A DNA stretch of 64,000 bases from Paraspadella gotoi (GCA_051294375.1 CM119268.1:1695486-1759485), one strand, 5' to 3'. Shown: positions 37,315 through 50,132, counted from the first letter of the stretch. Numbers and translations are program-made. The notes: a model not told the origin generated them from the letters alone.

Positions 37315-37687
37315 CATCTTTCTCATTAATTAATTCTCTCCATCAACCTCCATTTTAAGCTTTCGTAATTCCGCGGGAAAAACCTCAACACTAGGGCGCG
37401 GCGGAAGCCATAAGTTATTTTTATCAATATTGCGAAGCCTAAGCAAGAATTTGAAGCGTGACAAAAAAAAACAAAAGGCAAAACAATTTTGAATTTTATA
37501 GATATTATTATTTTATTACTATTACTATTACTATTATGAAATTGATCCTTTATTCATATCAAATTCTGATACAGACGCATACAAACATATAAAATTGTAC
37601 CAATACTCCAGACACCGTTTTATTTTCTTACTTTATTAAATATCAATCTTTCGTCAACTTGTCCTTTTGTTTCTCTCAATTATCCAG

Positions 37688-37847
37688 GAGCCTTGAAACT
37701 CTACCTGCGCTCCCTGCCGGAACCCCTGATGACCTTCAAGCTGTACCGAGAGTGGATGTCGGCGGCGTCGCTGCCCCCGGAGACGCGGCTGCAAGCCATT
37801 TGGGTCGCCCTCGCCAAGTTGCCCAAGGTCAACTTCAAGAATCTTCG
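37688..37847 (+). CDS. RhoGAP domain exon, ARHGAP17/44/SH3BP1 (RICH/Nadrin)-like
   Basis: tatccag|GA GCC TTG...CTT CG|gtgagt; GALKLYLRSLPEPLMTFKLYREWMSAASLPPETRLQAIWVALAKLPKVNFKNLR matches the RhoGAP LK.YLR.LPEPL motif and the RICH-family pattern. Confidence 0.92.
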
Positions 37848-38181
37848 GTGAGTTGAGGGTTTTGTGGTTTGTCTGGCATCCAAATCGCCTAATAATAATA
37901 ATAATAATAATCGTATAATAAACGGCGAACAAAATGAATTGATTTATATTTAAACCAGAAAAGCGAATTAAATCGAATTGGCTATTTGTACAAAGTGGCC
38001 ATCATATTTATAAGGCGAGAGAGAGAAAACAAACTTTGGTTTACATTTTTAAACGAAACAATACGGCGTATGAGGGCATTGGAATTTGTAAAGAATTCGG
38101 CCGGCGATTTTATTTTCTTTCTTACTAATAATAATCAGAATCTCGAGTTCAAAAAAAAGACCTCAGCCTTTCTTTTGCCAG

Positions 38182-38295
38182 GTACCTCATTAAATTCTTG
38201 GCTCTCATCGTGGATCGAGAGATGATGAATAAAATGAGCGCAGCCAATGTCGCAGTCTGCATGGCCAACTGCCTCTTGTGGTCTGAGGATTCCAG
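38182..38295 (+). CDS. RhoGAP domain exon
   Basis: ttttgccag|G TAC...TCC AG|gttatt; YLIKFLALIVDREMMNKMSAANVAVCMANCLLWSEDS matches the YL..FL...NKM...N.A....NLLW RhoGAP motif. Confidence 0.92.
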
Positions 38296-38612
38296 GTTAT
38301 TATGGGAGCATTATCTTCCGAATGTAGCCCCAATTCAATGTTTATTTATTGAGGATTTTTAATATTTTATTAGATAAAGACTAAAACGTTTTCAAAGAAT
38401 GTCTGATCGCAAAGAGGGGGAGAATTACTTGGGTTGCTTGTATTAATTAAACAAACTCTATGTTTCCAAATAACGATGCTCTACAACGCCGTCTTTGCGA
38501 TATTTCACGAAGGCCCTGAAAACGTCGTAGTCTTTGACTTATAAAATATTTGTAAAAATTATCAATATAAATTAAATATTGAATGAATATTTTAACCTTT
38601 GACCTCTTGTAG

Positions 38613-38730
38613 GGACGAGACGGACATCTTCAACGTGGCCTGTGTCGTCGAAGCGCTTATCGTCCATCACGATTACTTCTTTCCCGGAGTCTTCGATCCT
38701 CTTCGCACTCATCGTCAGACGTCGCCGCAG
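38613..38730 (+). CDS. RhoGAP domain C-terminal exon
   Basis: cctcttgtag|G GAC...CCG CAG|gtcagc; DETDIFNVACVVEALIVHHDYFFPG matches the final GAP helix. Confidence 0.85.
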
Positions 38731-38815
38731 GTCAGCGCCACCGCTTCCAGCACGTTTCAAACAAAAGACTACGCTATGGCTGAAATCAATTCATTTTTGT
38801 ATCTTATTAAAATAT

Positions 38816-39061
38816 CGTGGCGGTATATTCACACCGCCTCACGTCCACCATCCTTCAGCCATATCCATTGGCTCAGAGGGGGAACACACCATCCCAGGCG
38901 TAGTGTTCCATCCACGGATTCCCTTTGCGTTGGCAAAGCGAGACCGTCCTAGGGTAACCGCGCCAGTGACTGGAGGCGTCACTGAGGGTCGGAAGCCCCC
39001 AAAGCCAACAGTGAGATGCCACAGCCTAATGGGCATCACAGGCAACCCGGCTGTTGCCATA
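38816..39061. mobile_element. 255-bp hairpin-rich element, copy B (inverted relative to copy A)
   Basis: Reverse complement of 2423-2677 with modest divergence. Flanks are ATAT / CTGT, so the TSD is not intact. Confidence 0.85.
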
Positions 39062-39179
39062 CTGTTGCTGTTTACCAACTTTACGGTAATTGTTTTTGGT
39101 ATTCTGCTCTGGTTCTCTGTCTAAGACTCTAGTATCCAGTGTTTTTGACATTGATCTAGATTTTACGTGAAAATTTTTT

Positions 39180-39390
39180 AAAATCCACCAACCGTTCATC
39201 AGCGGCCATTGGTGCAGGAGGCAAGTCATTCGCCTGCCAACCCAAAGGTCCGGGGTTTTAGCCCGGTGGGCGCCTAGCAGTTAAGAGGGACGGGGCGCTT
39301 AACCCGCCTGTAACATGGTGTTACAGCCTGATCCGAAGCTCAGGGACTGCTTATATGGAAAGGTTCTGTCACAAACACACAACAATAACT
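39180..39390 (+). mobile_element. tRNA-Gly-derived SINE
   Basis: tRNA-like head at ~39202-39274 with loop CTGCCAA (Gly GCC-like); body cctgatccgaagctcagg; tail acaaacacacaacaataac. Confidence 0.8.
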
Positions 39391-39593
39391 ACTGTCTCTT
39401 CATTGGTGAGCCCGACGTGTAAAAGGCAATTTTACCAAAGCCAATATATTAATTAATAATTACTACCTCATTCATCATTTCATGTAAAATTTTTAAATTA
39501 TCAAATTAGTTAACTATAATCTATAGTCTATATATCAGATAGTACCAAAAAAAACAATATTTTAACACCCTCTCCTTTCGCCCCCCTAAAAAG

Positions 39594-39809
39594 GGCCTGC
39601 CCCCGGGCCTGGGGGGCATGAACGAAGTCCGGAGCCGCGTCGGAGGCGGAGCCTACGTGGACGCGGATTCGTTGGAGGGTGTGCTCGACGAGGATCTCGA
39701 CAACGACGAAGAATCTCCGGAGGCGAAACCGAGAGGATTTTTGGGTCGCGACGGAGTCGAGGCTCATTTGCACGGAAGGAGGAGGGCGTCGGCGGGAGAT
39801 CGGGGGGAG
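39594..39809 (+). CDS. RhoGAP gene exon, low-complexity tail
   Basis: cccctaaaag|GGC CTG...GGG GAG|gtgagg; 72 codons, phase 0-0, GC-rich, in frame with its neighbours. Confidence 0.75.
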
Positions 39810-39819
39810 GTGAGGGGGC

Positions 39820-40430
39820 ACTATAAGAGCTTAGTAGGGGTGGATGACGGAAATATCACAGGGCCTCGCTACCGAGCCAGAACGAGTACACTATAGGAGC
39901 TTAGTAGGGTGGATGAGGAAAATATCACAGGGCCTCGCTACCGAGCCAGAAACGAGTACACTATAGGAGCTTAGTAGGGTGGATGACGGAAAATATCAAC
40001 AGGGCCTCGCTACCGAGCCAGAACGAGTACACTATAGGAGCTTAGTAGGGTGGATGACGGAAAATATCACAGGGCCTCACTATTGAGCAGAACGACTACA
40101 CTATAAGAGCTTAGGAGGGTGGATGATGGAAAATATCACAGGGCCTCACTATTGAGCCAGAACGACTACACTATAAGAGCTTAGTAGGGTGGATGACGGA
40201 AAATATCACAGGGCCTCGCTACCGAGCCAGAACGAGTACACTATAGGAGCTTAGTAGGGTGGATGACGGAAAATATCACAGGGCCTCGCTACCGAGCCAG
40301 AATTACAACACTATAAGAGCTTAGTAAGGTGGATGATGGAAAATATCACAGGGCCTCACTATCAAGCCAGAACGACTACACTATAAGAGCTTAGTAGGGT
40401 GGATAATTTAAAACATCACAGGGCCTTGCA
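39820..40430. repeat. 70-bp intronic minisatellite, ~8.7 copies
   Basis: actataRgagcttagtagggtggatgacggaaaatatcacagggcctcgctaccgagccagaacgagtac repeats every ~70 bp. Confidence 0.95.
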
Positions 40431-40837
40431 ACTGAGGGTGGGGTGGGGGGGAAGGATAGAGGTGAGATGAGGAATTGATGATAGGCTTATGGTGAGGGAT
40501 GAGGAATGAGGATGGAAAAAAAATTTATATTGAGAAAAGGTGAGAATCTTGAGAGACGAAGATCGAGAAAAGTGAGGTCAAGGTTCAATTTCACTTTGCT
40601 TCCATGATTAATTGATTAAATGCGTTGCACAAGTAAATTAAATTGCTCATCGAAAGTACTTGCTAATATTAAATCAGTTAACAGTTAAAGAAATTTAACA
40701 TATAAATTTAAAATATAAAGTTTAAAATTAAAAGAAAAACGCTCTCCTTACATTGTTACAAGTTACAAGATAAAACTTATCAAACGCAAACCCTAACTTA
40801 CCTCCACCTTTCTTACCAAATCCGCTGTCAAATAAAG

Positions 40838-41492
40838 GATCCTTCGCTCGCCTCTCCTCGTCACCGCGAGGCGGCGTCTCCCAAACCGACGCGTCACCAG
40901 GCGTCGCCACGCCCACTTTCTCGGACCGGAAGTCGGAAGGAAGAGCGCGGGAAAGGAGGAGGAGGAGGAGGAGGAGGAGGAGGAGGAGGAGGAGCGGAAG
41001 GAGATTTGGACGATTGGGGAGGAGAAGGAGGAGGAACAGGAGGAGGAGGTGAGGATGGGTGGAACGGCGGCGGGGGCTGGGATGGAGGCGGGGGTTGGGA
41101 CAGAGGCGGCTGGGATGGCGGCGACGGCGGATACGACTGGCGCGGCGGCGGCGGCGGCGGCGGCCGGTGGAGTCACGTCAACAAAAACGGCGTGGGCGCT
41201 CATCTCGAGGCCGAAGCCACGCCCACTTCCGGCCGCGGCAGCAGCGGCAGCTGCCTCGCCCTCAAGAACAACAACGCCGGCAGCCACAACAAGGGCATGA
41301 ACTTCTACGCTTCCGGCGGCGGCGCTGGCGGCTCTGGCGGCGCTGGCGGCGCTGGCGGCGGCGCCAGTAATATCAACCATAACACGAGCGCCGCGGCGAC
41401 GAAGAAAGGAGGCAAAGTGAAAAACAAGCATCAACACCAGAGGGACGAAGAGGAAGAAGATGGGAGAGGATGCAGAGGAAACAATGGACCAG
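40838..41492 (+). CDS. RhoGAP gene exon, Gly-rich disordered region
   Basis: aataaag|GAT CCT TCG...GGA CCA G|gtgagt; phase 0-1, in frame with ORF 41006-41500 (GGGWD repeats). Confidence 0.7.
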
Positions 41493-41645
41493 GTGAGTGA
41501 GAAAGAGAGAGAGAGAGAGAGAGACGAAGAGGAAGAAGAAGGAAGAGGATTCAGAGGAAACAATGGACCAGGTGAGAGAGAGAGAGAGAGAGAGAGAGAG
41601 GAAGAGGAAGAAGAAGGAAGAGGATTCAGAGGAAACAATGGACCA

Positions 41646-41687
<42 letters not shown>

Positions 41688-41732
41688 GAAAAGGAAGAAG
41701 AAGGAAGAGGATTCAGAGGAAACAATGGACCA

Positions 41733-41769
<37 letters not shown>

Positions 41770-41830
41770 AGAGACGAAAGGAAGAAGAAGGAAGAGGATT
41801 CAGAGGAAACAATGGACCAGGTAGGAGAGA
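41444..41830 (+). repeat. Five tandem copies of the exon 3' end plus splice donor, separated by (AG)n
   Basis: gaagaggaagaagaaggaagaggattcagaggaaacaatggaccag|gt occurs five times. Confidence 0.9.
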
Positions 41831-41842
41831 GAGAGAGAAATT

Positions 41843-41875
<33 letters not shown>

Positions 41876-42616
41876 AAGAGGAAGAGAGAGAGAGATTTCA
41901 TAACTGAGGACAATGATCATCATTATGATCTGACGAGGACCGTGACTTTTACAATAACGTAAGAGATTTTCTGAGTAACAAAATTCCACAAAAAAGGCAG
42001 ATCTGGAAAGAAATCAGCGAATCCACTTACATCCGGGAGGGAGTCTCTCACAACCGGATGTTTCAAATAGCAGCCTGTCGAAAAAATTCACGGAATTGAA
42101 AAAGAGATAATATTCAAAATGTCAATATAATAAAATATAAGCGGATGAAAGAGAATATTCTCAGGGATTCTCTAGAGGACAATTTTGTATTCATTTTATG
42201 AGGCGTTTTACTGATTTCTTAATATTTATAGAGACTGATGCATAACCAAAGTTATTGGAATAAAAAAGACAAAGGGAGATAACTGGGACTATTTTTTCAT
42301 TCGTAACATTTTTTCAAAAATGAAACTCTATGAAAGACTCAAAATTGTCTTCCAACTTTATATATATATAAATATATATAAATATAAATAAATAAATAAA
42401 TATAAATACAAATATATTCGATTTCATCGTTGGCAAAATTGTGACGACATCAGCGGTCAACTAAGATTAAGTTTTAGATTAAGTTTTAGATTAAGTTTTA
42501 GATTAAGATTTAGATTAACTTTTTTCTCGGCGACTAAAGTCTTAAACGTTCGTTAAGAGTCCTATAATCAAATATCCCGATTTGCTTCTTGTCTTTTTCC
42601 AAGTCTTTTATTTTTC

Positions 42617-42890
42617 AGTAGCGCCGCGAGTACTCGCGGAGCAACTCTATAAGTGGCTCCGATGATCGGTCGGTATGTTTGTCCGTCAGTCTGTCCCACT
42701 TACGTGAAAAATGCATATAATTTGTCTATAGTTGATGATTGCTCATTTGGTAAGACCGAAAAAACCTCAAATCTAAGGGTTTGTTAGCTCATGTCATGTA
42801 GCGTCATGTAATGTCATGTCATGTCACGCGTAATACTCGTGATAAAGCAGTCACTGCGGCGCAACACATTTGAATTACCCTTCTTGGTTT
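42617..42890 (+). mobile_element. HINE-like element, complete-looking copy
   Basis: 5' palindrome, GTCY tract, CATGT repeats, 3' subterminal inverted repeat gcggcgcaac (42856-42865); ends in a T-run. Confidence 0.72.
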
Positions 42891-43192
42891 TTTAAAGATC
42901 TTCTTCAAGGAAGCAACGTGACGACGAATTTTAGATCCTATTTCTTTATATTTCTATTTCTTTTCTTTCAAATAATTTCTTTCTTTTTGTCTTTGTCTTT
43001 TCGGACTTGAAAGAGCGACGTCGTTCGCACGAAGCCTCGAATTCGTATTTTTATCACTCTTTATCACTTTACTTTTATGAAACTTTTTAGTATAACTGTA
43101 GTTTTTTTTTTTTTTTTAAATATTACTTCGTTTCTTGAGTCTCCTTTATCGTTTAGTGAATAAAATAAACTATGTCTGTGATCCGAATTTTC

Positions 43193-43285
<93 letters not shown>

Positions 43286-43414
43286 TTTTTCTTTTCTTTT
43301 CTTTTCTTTTCTTTTCTTTCTTTTTTTTTCTCCTCTTTTGTCTCAATTTTATTTTCTTGTTTTATCGGTAATCTTTCTCGGTTTTCTGGTCCATCGAAAT
43401 TTCCGGCCGGTTCC

Positions 43415-43467
<53 letters not shown>

Positions 43468-43680
43468 GTCGCGAGAGACTCTCCCTAGACTCCCTTTTTT
43501 TGTCCTTTTATTCTCTTTCATCTTCCTTTTGTTTTCTTTTTCTTTCCTTTTTTTTCCTTTTCGTCTCTATCGGTTCCACATCAATTTGCGCGACTTCGGT
43601 GTCGCGCCCCCCTCCGACCGCCCCCCTCCGCCCCCTTCCGATATTCGCCGAGCGAGAAGTGAGAAAGCAAACTTGATTCT

Positions 43681-43770
<90 letters not shown>

Positions 43771-44047
43771 CGAGGGTCCGCTCTCTCGTCTATCGGGTTT
43801 TTCCTCCAAGGACTTCTCTTTCAATGTTCTCATACTAAGGTCTGAGGTCCTCTCCTCCTCTGTTTGTGACCTTTCTCTATTTGGTACTTTTCTCCTTTCT
43901 ATCTGAGGTCCTCTCTCTCTCTTTTATCGACCTCTTTCTATTTTTCTTTTTCCTCCTCTACTTCTGAGGTCTCTCTCTCTTTTATCGACCTGTTTTCCCT
44001 CTCTCGTTTCTCTCTCATCTCTCTCTCTCTCTCTCTCTCTCTTCTCG

Positions 44048-44089
<42 letters not shown>

Positions 44090-44439
44090 CTCTTCTCTTC
44101 TCTGTGTCTTCTCTTCATTTTTTCTTTCCTTCGGTTTCCACCGCATTTATTTCTTCTCTCCCGGGAAGCACTTCATACTACGTTCAAACCTAAAATGTCT
44201 ATAACACGATCGCAGCAAAAAATGACAAAAAACGTTACATTGTTAGGCGCTATAACTACACTCTTCCCCGTGTTTACGTTAATCATCTACGAGGTTTCGT
44301 AGTAAGAAAAATATTGTAAACTTCACGCAGATTTGGATGGACCCAAGTCTACCGCCAGAGCCAGTCCCTAAGGTCAGCGCTCATGGAACAAAGAATAAAA
44401 GAAGTGACAGGATCACCAAAAAAAAAGACTTGTGAAAAA

Positions 44440-45130
44440 CGATAAGAGAGGACAAGCGCGTGTGAATGGGGAGCGAGACGGACGAGATACGGGCGAGAGA
44501 CGGGCTGTAAACGGAAAAGTGATGGAAGAGAGTCGGGCAAGAGACGACAGAGGGATGGGCACGCGACGGGCTAGAGATGGGCGGGAGAGAGAGAAAGAGA
44601 CGCGAGGGAGAACGGCTAGGGATTGCCAGCGAGACGGGGGCAAAGAACACAGATAGAGTCGGGCGAGAGACTGACGAGAGTCGGGCGAGAGACTGGCGAG
44701 AGACGGGCGAAAAACTGACAGAAGATAGGAGTGAGTCGGGAAAGAGACCACAGAGGGATGGGCACGCGACGGGCTAGAGATGGGCGGGAGAGAGGAAAAA
44801 GACGCGAGGGAGACGGGCAAGGGATGGCCGCGAGACGGGCAAGACACAGATAGAGTCGGGCGAGAGACTGGCGAGAGACTGGCGAGAGACGGGCGAAACA
44901 CTGATAGAAGATAGGAGTGAGTTGGGCAAGAGACGAGCGAGTGATGGGCACCTGACGGGCTAGAGATGGGTGGAGACATCTGCTGGAGATGGGAGAGAGA
45001 CGGGCAAAAGAAGGACGATGGGACACGGGCGGGTGATGGGCAAGTGACACAGTAACGGGAAAGAGACGGGCATGAGACGGGACTAGAGACGAGCATGAGA
45101 CGGGACTAGAGACGAGCATGAGACGGGCGT
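44440..45130. repeat. Degenerate purine-rich tandem array (gagacgggcgag / gggctagagatggg motifs)
   Basis: Recurrent motifs with roughly 200-bp higher-order periodicity; explains S/P/R-rich ORFs 44349-45119. Confidence 0.8.
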
Positions 45131-45277
45131 GGTGAAGACTTTTTGGCTTTTGACGTAAACAACCTTCTTCGTTTCTGACCTTTTCGCGCTTATAGATATT
45201 CAGTTGGCTCTCCTCAAAAAGACCTACCGGGGCTTCTGGCCTTCCAGCCTCTTGGCAAGAGCTCTAGGGTGATTCTT

Positions 45278-45336
<59 letters not shown>

Positions 45337-45348
45337 TGCTCTCTCTCT

Positions 45349-45393
<45 letters not shown>

Positions 45394-46876
45394 CTCCTTT
45401 TTTTTTAGTCTATTTCCTAGCGGCGGCCATCTGTGTGTCGTCTCCCGCCCGCCAGGCGACGAGGCGCCATTTTTCTTTTCGAAGCCCCGAAACGTCATTG
45501 CGCGCGTCGCGGCTTTGATCAATTTCCAAGAATTGCCTTTCTTTTCTTTCTTTTTTTTTAAGGGTTTTATTTATTTTTTTTTATACTTTTCGATGTTATT
45601 CTTAAATTTCTTTTTATTTGGTAGTTTTATTGTTTGTTTGTTTTTTGTTGTTTTTTTTATTGCGTTATTTTACACAAATTTTACACATTTTGAGAGAGAG
45701 AGAGAGGAGAGAGAAAAGAGAGAAAGAGAGAAAGAGAGAGATAGCCAAGCCTCGTTGTCGCTGCTGTCCTCGGCAGATGTTGCAGATTAAAAAGTATTAG
45801 AAAACAGTTGCCGCGCTTATCCAGTTGCGAAGCAAAACTATCGTCATCGTTTGACGTCTCCGCCCGTTGTCAAGACAACAGAAACAGCGCGGTCGTCAAT
45901 TTTCGGTTGATGACTTTGGTTGTCCACAAAACAATCAGCATTCACAGATAAGCTCTCTTGTTTGACAATATGCCAGATTGTTTCTATCTGCTATACTTAC
46001 TTTCTGTTTTCCCCGAAGGCAAAGGCATAGATAGAACGATAAAAAAAAGTAGTTTAATGTCGCATTTGGGTTTTTTTCCGGCGGAAGTATATTGTTTTTT
46101 TGGGGGGGAAAAAAAGACGAATTAATAATATTTATTATTTATGATGCTGGTTTTTATTTTCAGTCGCTCAATTGCTTTTTTAAAATGACATTCGCGACAA
46201 AAATATCGCTGAGCACTTGATAACAACGGATTCTAAATGTCAATTGTGAACAACCAGTGAACATTAATTCAGAAAAATAATGTTTTTTTTAATTTTTTTT
46301 ATTTTCGCAGTAGGCTATATTTATATATGAAATCGTACAATTTCTAAATGGCCTTTTCTTAATTTTGCTGGCAGTTTTTAATTCTTCGTCAAAAGTTGAA
46401 GAAAAAAATTCTTTCATTAAGTGGGTTAAAAATTTAGAAAATTACATTCAATATATAACAACTTAATTTTCAGATTAAATTCTAAGTTTTTCAGATTTTT
46501 GACCTAAGAAATTTGAATCGACTTTTATAACTTTTAAAACAAATCCAAATCCGCAAAAAAACATTTTGAAATTATAACATTTATATGGTTAGTACTATGT
46601 AAAAATATAGCCTAATGCTTAAATTTAAAAAATTGTAATTAAATTTTGTTCTACATTAATGTTCATTAGTACAATGTTGATCATTCCTCATTTTTAGAAT
46701 TTTACTTAAATTTAGAGTATTTATTAAGCTTTAATAGAAAGAAGGAAACGAAGCCATAAAGACGGACAAGACAGATGGTTAAAGACAGATGGTTAAAGAC
46801 AGATGGTTAAAAACGAAACAGACAATTAAACTATCTTTCCTTCCCGCCTTCCCCCCCTTTTCCCTTCCTCCCCCAG

Positions 46877-47405
46877 TCTACCCGCTCGACCATTGTCGCC
46901 AGCCCCGCAGCCCCGACCCGCCCCGCAGCGTCGGCGGCGGACCATGCGGCGCCGCTTCGCTCCTCAACGGTCCTACGCGGCGCCGCCACGCCCGCAGTCT
47001 CTCCGAAGGACGCGATGCTCGCGAGTCTCGCGACGCTCGTACATTTTCCACGGAAATGAGCGCCGCTGACCTCAACGGCGGCGTCGACGCCCACGGCGCG
47101 CCCTCCACCGTTCCACGCCGGCGCCATTCCCGCCAGGGCGCCGTTTCTCCTTCCGGCGTCGAAAGCAGTCCCGCGCACTCTAGCGGCGACGCCGGCGTCG
47201 GACGCGGCGTTTCGGCGTCAAACGATCCCGGCGCCGTTCTCACCTCCGCGTCGCCGGGCTCCGTCACGGATTCCAGCGTCACTTCGCACGGCAGCGCGCC
47301 GGAAGTTGGCTCCGGCGACGTCAAGGAACGCGGCGGCGGAAGCGGCGTCGCCGCGGTCGCTAGAATGGGCGGCGTAGGGGGAGTCTCCAAAGCAGAGGCG
47401 AAATT

Positions 47406-47453
<48 letters not shown>

Positions 47454-47628
47454 AGGAGGAGGAACGATGGGCGGCGTCGGCGGACGGCGTCACACGACAT
47501 TCGCCGCCAGAAACTCGTCCATCGATTCCATCTTAGCGACGGATGGACTTCCGGTTCCAACGTTGACGCCCACTGTCGTTAGAGGAGGAGGAGGAGGAGG
47601 AGGAGGAGGGGAGGAGGATTGTGTATGA
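46877..47628 (+). CDS. RhoGAP gene candidate terminal exon 1 (ends ...EEDCV*)
   Basis: Strong pyrimidine tract ttcccttcctcccccag|TC TAC CCG; phase 1 matches the donor at 41492. GC-rich open frame to TGA at 47628. Confidence 0.7.
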
Positions 47629-47757
47629 GGAGTAAGAGTGTGGGAAACGGATTATCGGGTAAGATGGTAGGAGAGAGAGAGAAAGAGGAGAGAGGAAAGA
47701 GAGAGAGAGGAGAGAGAGAAAAGAGAGAGAGAGAGAGAGAGAGAGAAGAGATGAGAG

Positions 47758-47874
<117 letters not shown>

Positions 47875-47898
47875 AGAGAAGAGAGAGATAGAAGAGAT

Positions 47899-47956
<58 letters not shown>

Positions 47957-49526
47957 ATGAAGACAGACATAATGATGGCGTGTTGCTTTTTATTGAGATC
48001 CATGATTTGTTTTTTTGCTGACGAATGTTTTCCTTCTTTCACTGGTCTCTTTTGTCAACGTTTTTTTGAACGAAAACGAGGCTCACTTACTGGATTCAAA
48101 ATGGCGCGGGATTCAAAGCCTTGAACCATATCAGCGGTTTCTATCAGCGCAGAAATAATGATCTGAAAGCAAAAGAAAAAAGAAAATGTAAAAGGAATAA
48201 AAGAAGGGAGGAGAAAGGGGAAGAACGGTGGGGAGAACGGTGGGGGAGAACGGGAGAACGGTGGGGGAGAACGGGGAGAACGGAGGAGAGAATGGGATGG
48301 AGAGAAGAAGAAAAAAGAGAGTCGGAACGTGATTCGATATATAAATGAATAGTGATTATATAATGTATATATACTCTTAATATATAACTAACACATTATA
48401 CCTTCAACAAAAAACTTTCTTTTTTCCTTAAATTTTTCACTGATGTGATAAATTGGGAAATTTTTGTAATACAATACTTTTTGATTAAAATTTTGTGGCC
48501 TCACCACTACATAGAAAATATCGTCTGCTATTAACTTAAAGAATACATTGTTGGCAAATGTCTGTAAATATTTTCAACGACTTATGTCTTTCACTTCTAT
48601 CATTATCTCGTTATCACAGATACACCAATGGCCACTGACGAACTGATGGTGGATTTTAGTCCACCATAATATTCTCATTTTATAAAAAAAATATGCATTG
48701 TCTCGTTTCCATTGATCTTCCTTTTTTATATATTTATATATCTGCTTCTTTCACAATCAATTATGTTGTTCCTTTGTTCTCGCTCCCTCTCACGGCCTCC
48801 GAGGAAAATCGGTCCGCCCTGCGACTCTTTTAAAAAAAATTTTAAAAAGCAGCCCAGTCGATGTATCGGAGAATTCCTTTCGAGACGAAAAACTTGAAAA
48901 GACTTTCAGATCGAAATGAATTCGTACCTTCTTTCAACCGCACGGAGTAATTCTCAGTCTTACCCAGTTCCCAGTCCCCACCCTCGCCATCCCGAGAAGG
49001 TATATTTACCCCTGGAGGATTTGACTCAGCGTTCCCGAAATCCACAATCGACTCGAGGTTCCCACCCTCTTATAATCCACCCCCCCCCCTTAAAAATGCC
49101 GTCCGATGTAGAGTTCCCCTCCTTCCACCAATCCCCAGCAACAGGCCACTCCATGCTCTGGGGAATTCCCAGCTTGGCGGAATCCTCACGTTACGCCCCC
49201 TGTCATCCACGCTCTCCCCCGATCGCTGCCCCCCCCCCTTTTAGGGGCGGTCTCAAGGACGGGAAACTCGAAAGGGGGGGGCGGGGAAGGACGATGCGAT
49301 CCGTGTTCTCCCGTTGGGTACATTTGCTAATGGAGTTGAAGAAAAAATACGCAAATTCGTGGCTGTCAAATACATACTTCATACTTCATACTTCAAGTCC
49401 TTGAGATAACAAAAACAAATTAAATTTTGAACGATGATTAGGACTTTAAAGAGAAAGATTTAAACATTTTTTTACATTTATAGGAAAATATAAATTCAAA
49501 TAAAACATTTTTTGAAATACCACAAA

Positions 49527-49782
49527 ATTGATAGGGAAGCCAGGTACTCTGGGAGTGAATAAACGAGACTGTTATGTCATTATCTTGTAAGAGTGATGGA
49601 GGCCAGACCAAAGCCTGTCCAAAGTTTTGGGCAAGATAGCTTATTTATTAAATGAATGGATTGTGGACGGATGGATTGTGTTGTTCGTCAAGATAGCTTA
49701 TTTATTAAATGAATGGATTGTGGACGGATGGATTGTGTCGTTCGTCCACAGGATAATTTTTATATTGGTTGTACCAATTTTA
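49527..49782 (+). mobile_element. Family-C repeat copy with an internal ~62-bp tandem duplication
   Basis: Matches 36920-37120; caagatagcttatttattaaatgaatggattgtggacggatggattgtg occurs twice. Confidence 0.75.
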
Positions 49783-50132
49783 TATGACAATTACAATCAC
49801 ATGAGATGACATGAAAAAGTCTAAAATAGGAAGAGATAACAATATTCAAAATTAAAAGTGAAAAGTGAATCGAAAAGTGTACCCCCGTCAGAAGTGAATG
49901 TAAGAAACGAAAGAAAGGAAAGTCATTCTCAATGGACCCAAGACCCCAAGGGGCCCAAGACCCCAGGAACCCAAGACCCCAAGAGAATCAGAGTGCGAAG
50001 CCGCGAACTTTGCTCTTCTGGGAAATCTTTCTCGGTTGAAATTCGCATCCGTCAACACGAAGTTTCTTCTTCCAAAAATCCCACTTCGATCAGAATCATT
50101 TCCCTCTTCTACCATAAAATGATAAACTTCCG

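Noticed and set aside
39202-39274. Functional tRNA-Gly gene
   Set aside because: The anticodon stem does not pair, the loop differs between copies (GCC vs CCC) and it sits in a dispersed repeat with a tail, so it is called a SINE head.
39820-40430. Hammerhead ribozyme or CRISPR array in the 70-bp repeat (ggatgacggaaa)
   Set aside because: No CUGANGA core with flanking stems and no unique spacers; a plain minisatellite.
40793-41989. 398-aa minus-strand ORF
   Set aside because: Antisense shadow of the Gly-rich RhoGAP exon and (AG)n repeats.
43135-45800. Many SLSL/ERER/FLSF ORFs
   Set aside because: (AG)n, (CTTT)n and degenerate tandem repeats.
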